Origin: Alphaproteobacteria bacterium
Lineage (GTDB): Bacteria; Pseudomonadota; Alphaproteobacteria; SP197
Length of the DNA: 64,000 nucleotides
NCBI GenBank assembly: GCA_964291415.2
Contig: OZ219920.1
Coordinates: 832,001 to 896,000, forward strand
Direction of reading: 5' to 3'
A model generated the notes under the pieces. The model worked only from the letters and a program-made list of their open reading frames with translations. It had not been told where the DNA came from and made no database searches. A program made the position numbers and the translations under genes. Shown here piece by piece: positions 61,338-64,000 of the stretch (positions within the stretch are counted from its first letter, which is position 1; each line of letters starts with the position of its first letter).

Positions 61338-63026
61338 ATGAGTGTCGAGGAAAGCCCCGCTCCCGGGGGGACTCATGACTTCATTCGCGCGATCGTTGCC
61401 GACGATGTCACCGCAGGCCGCGTTGCGACCGTCGTCACGCGATTTCCTCCGGAACCCAACGGGTATCTCCACATCGGCCACGCCAAGTCGTTGTGCCTCA
61501 ACTTCGGTATCGGCGGGGAGTTTGCCGGACGCTGTCATCTGAGGTTCGACGACACCAACCCGGTGCGCGAGGAACAGGAGTACATCGAGGCCATTCAGGA
61601 GGATGTCCGCTGGCTCGGTTTCGAGTGGGGCGAACACCTCTACTTCGCCTCGGACCATTTCGAGCAGCTCTACGCCTGGGCCGAACATCTCATTCGCAAC
61701 GGCGATGCCTATGTCGATTCCCAGTCGCTCGAGGATATGCGCGAGGCCCGGGGCACATGGAACGTGGCGGGCCGCAACAGTCCCTGGCGGGACCGCGTGC
61801 CCGAGGAAAATCTCGATCTTTTCCGCCGAATGCGGGCCGGCGAGTTTTCCGATGGCGCCCACGTGCTGCGGGCAAAGATCGACATGGCCGCCGGCAACAT
61901 GAACATGCGCGATCCGGTGCTCTACCGCATTCTTCACGCGCACCACCCGCGCACCGGCAGCGCGTGGTGCATCTATCCGACCTATGACTATGCGCACGGC
62001 CAGTCGGATGCCATCGAGGGCGTGACCCACTCACTGTGCACGCTCGAATTCGAAGATCACCGGCCGCTCTACGACTGGCTGATCGATCATCTTCCGGTGC
62101 CGCAGGTGCCCCGTCAGTATGAATTCGCCAGGCTCAACCTTGGTTCGACGGTGTTGTCGAAACGTGCCCTCATCAGCCTTGTCCACGACGGCCATGTCAG
62201 CGGCTGGGACGATCCCAGGATGCCGACGCTGCGCGGCATGAGACGCCGGGGCATTCCGCCTGAGGCGATCCGCGAGTTCATTTCCAGGGTAGGCGTTGCC
62301 AGGGCGGACAATCTCGTCGACCCGGCCATGCTCGACAACTGTGTGCGTTCCCATCTCAACCGCACGGCGCCGCGCCGCATGGCGGTGCTGCGGCCGCTGA
62401 AAGTGGTCATCGAGACGTGGCCCGAGGGCGAGACCGACGAACTCGAGGCGATCAACAACCCCGAGGACGAAGGAGCGGGGCGGCGCCCTCTGCTCTTCAC
62501 CCGCACCCTCTACATCGAACGCGACGATTTCATGGAGGATCCGCCGCGCAAGTTCTTCCGGCTGGCCCCCGGCCGGGAGGTCCGCTTGCGCCACGCCTTT
62601 TTCATCACCTGCCAGGAGGTCGTGAAGGACGCCGACGGTGACATCGTGGAACTTCGCTGTACCCACGATCCGGCCAGCAGGGGTGGCGGCTCTCCTGACG
62701 GACGCAAGGTCAGAGGCACCCTGCACTGGGTCTCGGCCGATCATGCCGTCAGTGCCGAAGTCCGTCTCTATGATCGTCTCTTCACGTCACCGGCGCCGGG
62801 TCGTGAAGGCGACTTCGTTGCCGACCTCAACCCGGATTCTCTTGTCGTTCTCGATGACTGCCTCGTTGAACCCGCCGCTCTCGATGCTGCGCCGGGGGAT
62901 GTCCTGCAGTTCGAACGGCAGGGCTACTTCAGCGTCGATGCCGACTTCACGAGCGAGCGTCCGGTGTTCAATCGCACGGTCGGTCTGCGCGACAGCTGGG
63001 CTCGCGTCCGGCGCAACACGCCTTGA
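61338..63026 (+). CDS. glnS: glutamine--tRNA ligase
   Basis: RFPPEPNGYLHIGH, CIYPTYDYAHGQSD, CTLEF, LSKR, GWDDPRMPT, QFERQGYF. Confidence 0.96.
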   Translation: MSVEESPAPGGTHDFIRAIVADDVTAGRVATVVTRFPPEPNGYLHIGHAKSLCLNFGIGGEFAGRCHLRFDDTNPVREEQEYIEAIQEDVRWLGFEWGEHLYFASDHFEQLYAWAEHLIRNGDAYVDSQSLEDMREARGTWNVAGRNSPWRDRVPEENLDLFRRMRAGEFSDGAHVLRAKIDMAAGNMNMRDPVLYRILHAHHPRTGSAWCIYPTYDYAHGQSDAIEGVTHSLCTLEFEDHRPLYDWLIDHLPVPQVPRQYEFARLNLGSTVLSKRALISLVHDGHVSGWDDPRMPTLRGMRRRGIPPEAIREFISRVGVARADNLVDPAMLDNCVRSHLNRTAPRRMAVLRPLKVVIETWPEGETDELEAINNPEDEGAGRRPLLFTRTLYIERDDFMEDPPRKFFRLAPGREVRLRHAFFITCQEVVKDADGDIVELRCTHDPASRGGGSPDGRKVRGTLHWVSADHAVSAEVRLYDRLFTSPAPGREGDFVADLNPDSLVVLDDCLVEPAALDAAPGDVLQFERQGYFSVDADFTSERPVFNRTVGLRDSWARVRRNTP

Positions 63027-63916
63027 CGGCAGAGCGGCCCCACGAAGTGGGGCAGGTGCCGGGCGCCCTGCTTGCCGTCCTGATCGACTCCATCAACCAG
63101 TCGTTCTTCCATTCCCGGATGCTTCGGGCCTGGGGTCACTCGAAAGCCATGGAGTCCAATGACCACTGGATGCAGCAGATGCGCCAGGCGTCATCTCTGG
63201 TCGAGGCCATGACAGCGTGTGGCATCCGCCTGGATGACAAGCCGGCGTCGGACCTCGTCATCGGATGCGATGCCATGACGGTCCTTGCCGCCGATGCTGC
63301 TCAGGCGGAACGCTGCGCCGCGACCGCCTCAGCTGCGGCCAGGGCGCTCCCGAATGGCGCCTTGCGGTCGTTGATGAACGAGATCGTGGCCAGCGAAGAG
63401 GCGTACGCCGCACGACTCCGGACGTGGTGCGAGAGGCCACCGGAAGTCACACGCCATGCCAAGCACCTGCTGCCCAAGCCGGGTGCCCTGCCGGTGGCGC
63501 TGGAGGCGCTCAACCGGGCGCTTCGTCCGCTCGCCGCCGCGGTCAGCCAGATCTTCCTGCACAGTCTGGTGTTTGGCTGCACCGGCAGGAAGGAGGAGGC
63601 GAAACGCGAACTGGTCGCCGCCCTCGAGGCCATGGCCCGGGCCGAGGCGCTCCTCGAGCGCCTTCTCGATCTCGGTGGCCTGCCGGACCAGCACCGCCAT
63701 GGCCGCCTCAGCATGGGAAGCGGGCCGGCCGCCGCCGAGCGGACAGCCCGCGACATCCACGGCGTCATCATCACCGAACTCGAGGCCGGTCTGGCCACAC
63801 TCGATGCCATCGCCGATCCCCTGACCCATACCCTTATCGACGGCATTCTCAGGGCCGAACGCGCCGCAAGGCAGACTGTGGCACAGCGTCTTGAGCGGAT
63901 GGCCGCCGCTTCCTGA
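63023..63916 (+). CDS. tandem bacterioferritin-like (ferritin-fold) protein with degenerate ferroxidase centres
   Basis: Two repeats resembling Bfr: SINQSFFHSRMLRAWG..QMRQA and AVSQIFLHS..EAMARAEALLERLLDLGGLP..GRLSMG; TTG start overlaps the glnS stop. Confidence 0.75.
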   Translation: MTAERPHEVGQVPGALLAVLIDSINQSFFHSRMLRAWGHSKAMESNDHWMQQMRQASSLVEAMTACGIRLDDKPASDLVIGCDAMTVLAADAAQAERCAATASAAARALPNGALRSLMNEIVASEEAYAARLRTWCERPPEVTRHAKHLLPKPGALPVALEALNRALRPLAAAVSQIFLHSLVFGCTGRKEEAKRELVAALEAMARAEALLERLLDLGGLPDQHRHGRLSMGSGPAAAERTARDIHGVIITELEAGLATLDAIADPLTHTLIDGILRAERAARQTVAQRLERMAAAS

Positions 63917-64000
63917 CACTCGACAACGCAAGGAAGCGGGGACCGCTTTCCCGTTGCCGGCGGCGTTGCCCTTCATCAAGGGAGCTTGGCGTTGGAGTGA

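Noticed and set aside
1-64000. CRISPR array, rRNA, riboswitch or intact IS element
   Set aside because: No regularly spaced repeats, rRNA-like sequence, recognisable aptamer or transposase was seen by eye; a covariance-model search was not possible

Overview
High-GC alphaproteobacterial (Rhodospirillales-like) chromosomal segment. The housekeeping backbone comprises moaA, pcm-tolC-popZ-valS, dksA-recA-alaS, glyQ-glyS-ppdK, ygfZ, fdhD-mobA-glnS, tRNA-Cys(GCA) and tRNA-Val(CAC). Catabolic genes include heterotetrameric sarcosine oxidase soxBDAG behind a Dpp-type ABC transporter, two tandem M14 desuccinylase/aspartoacylase paralogs, a GcvT-family protein, TauD, a GMC oxidoreductase and a Mo-bisPGD oxidoreductase. 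There are three decaying accessory patches: a tRNA-Cys-linked island (integrase remnant, RhuM-Fic, HU, PagP-like), a higBA + Fic patch, and a 3-kb tRNA-Val islet with a 48-bp att repeat carrying hipBA, a RES pseudogene and an integrase remnant. Two observations stand out. (1) A UGSC-motif selenoprotein is split by the ORF track at an in-frame TGA, is followed by an fdhF-like SECIS hairpin, and lies in an operon with a CxxC thioredoxin-fusion protein and a metal-ligand-less MBL-fold protein. (2) A gene coupled to glnS encodes two fused bacterioferritin domains that have lost the ferroxidase ligands but both keep the heme-ligating Met. Several 1-2 nt frameshifts, including one in valS, may be assembly errors. 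All family calls come from motif recognition by eye; no database searches were run.
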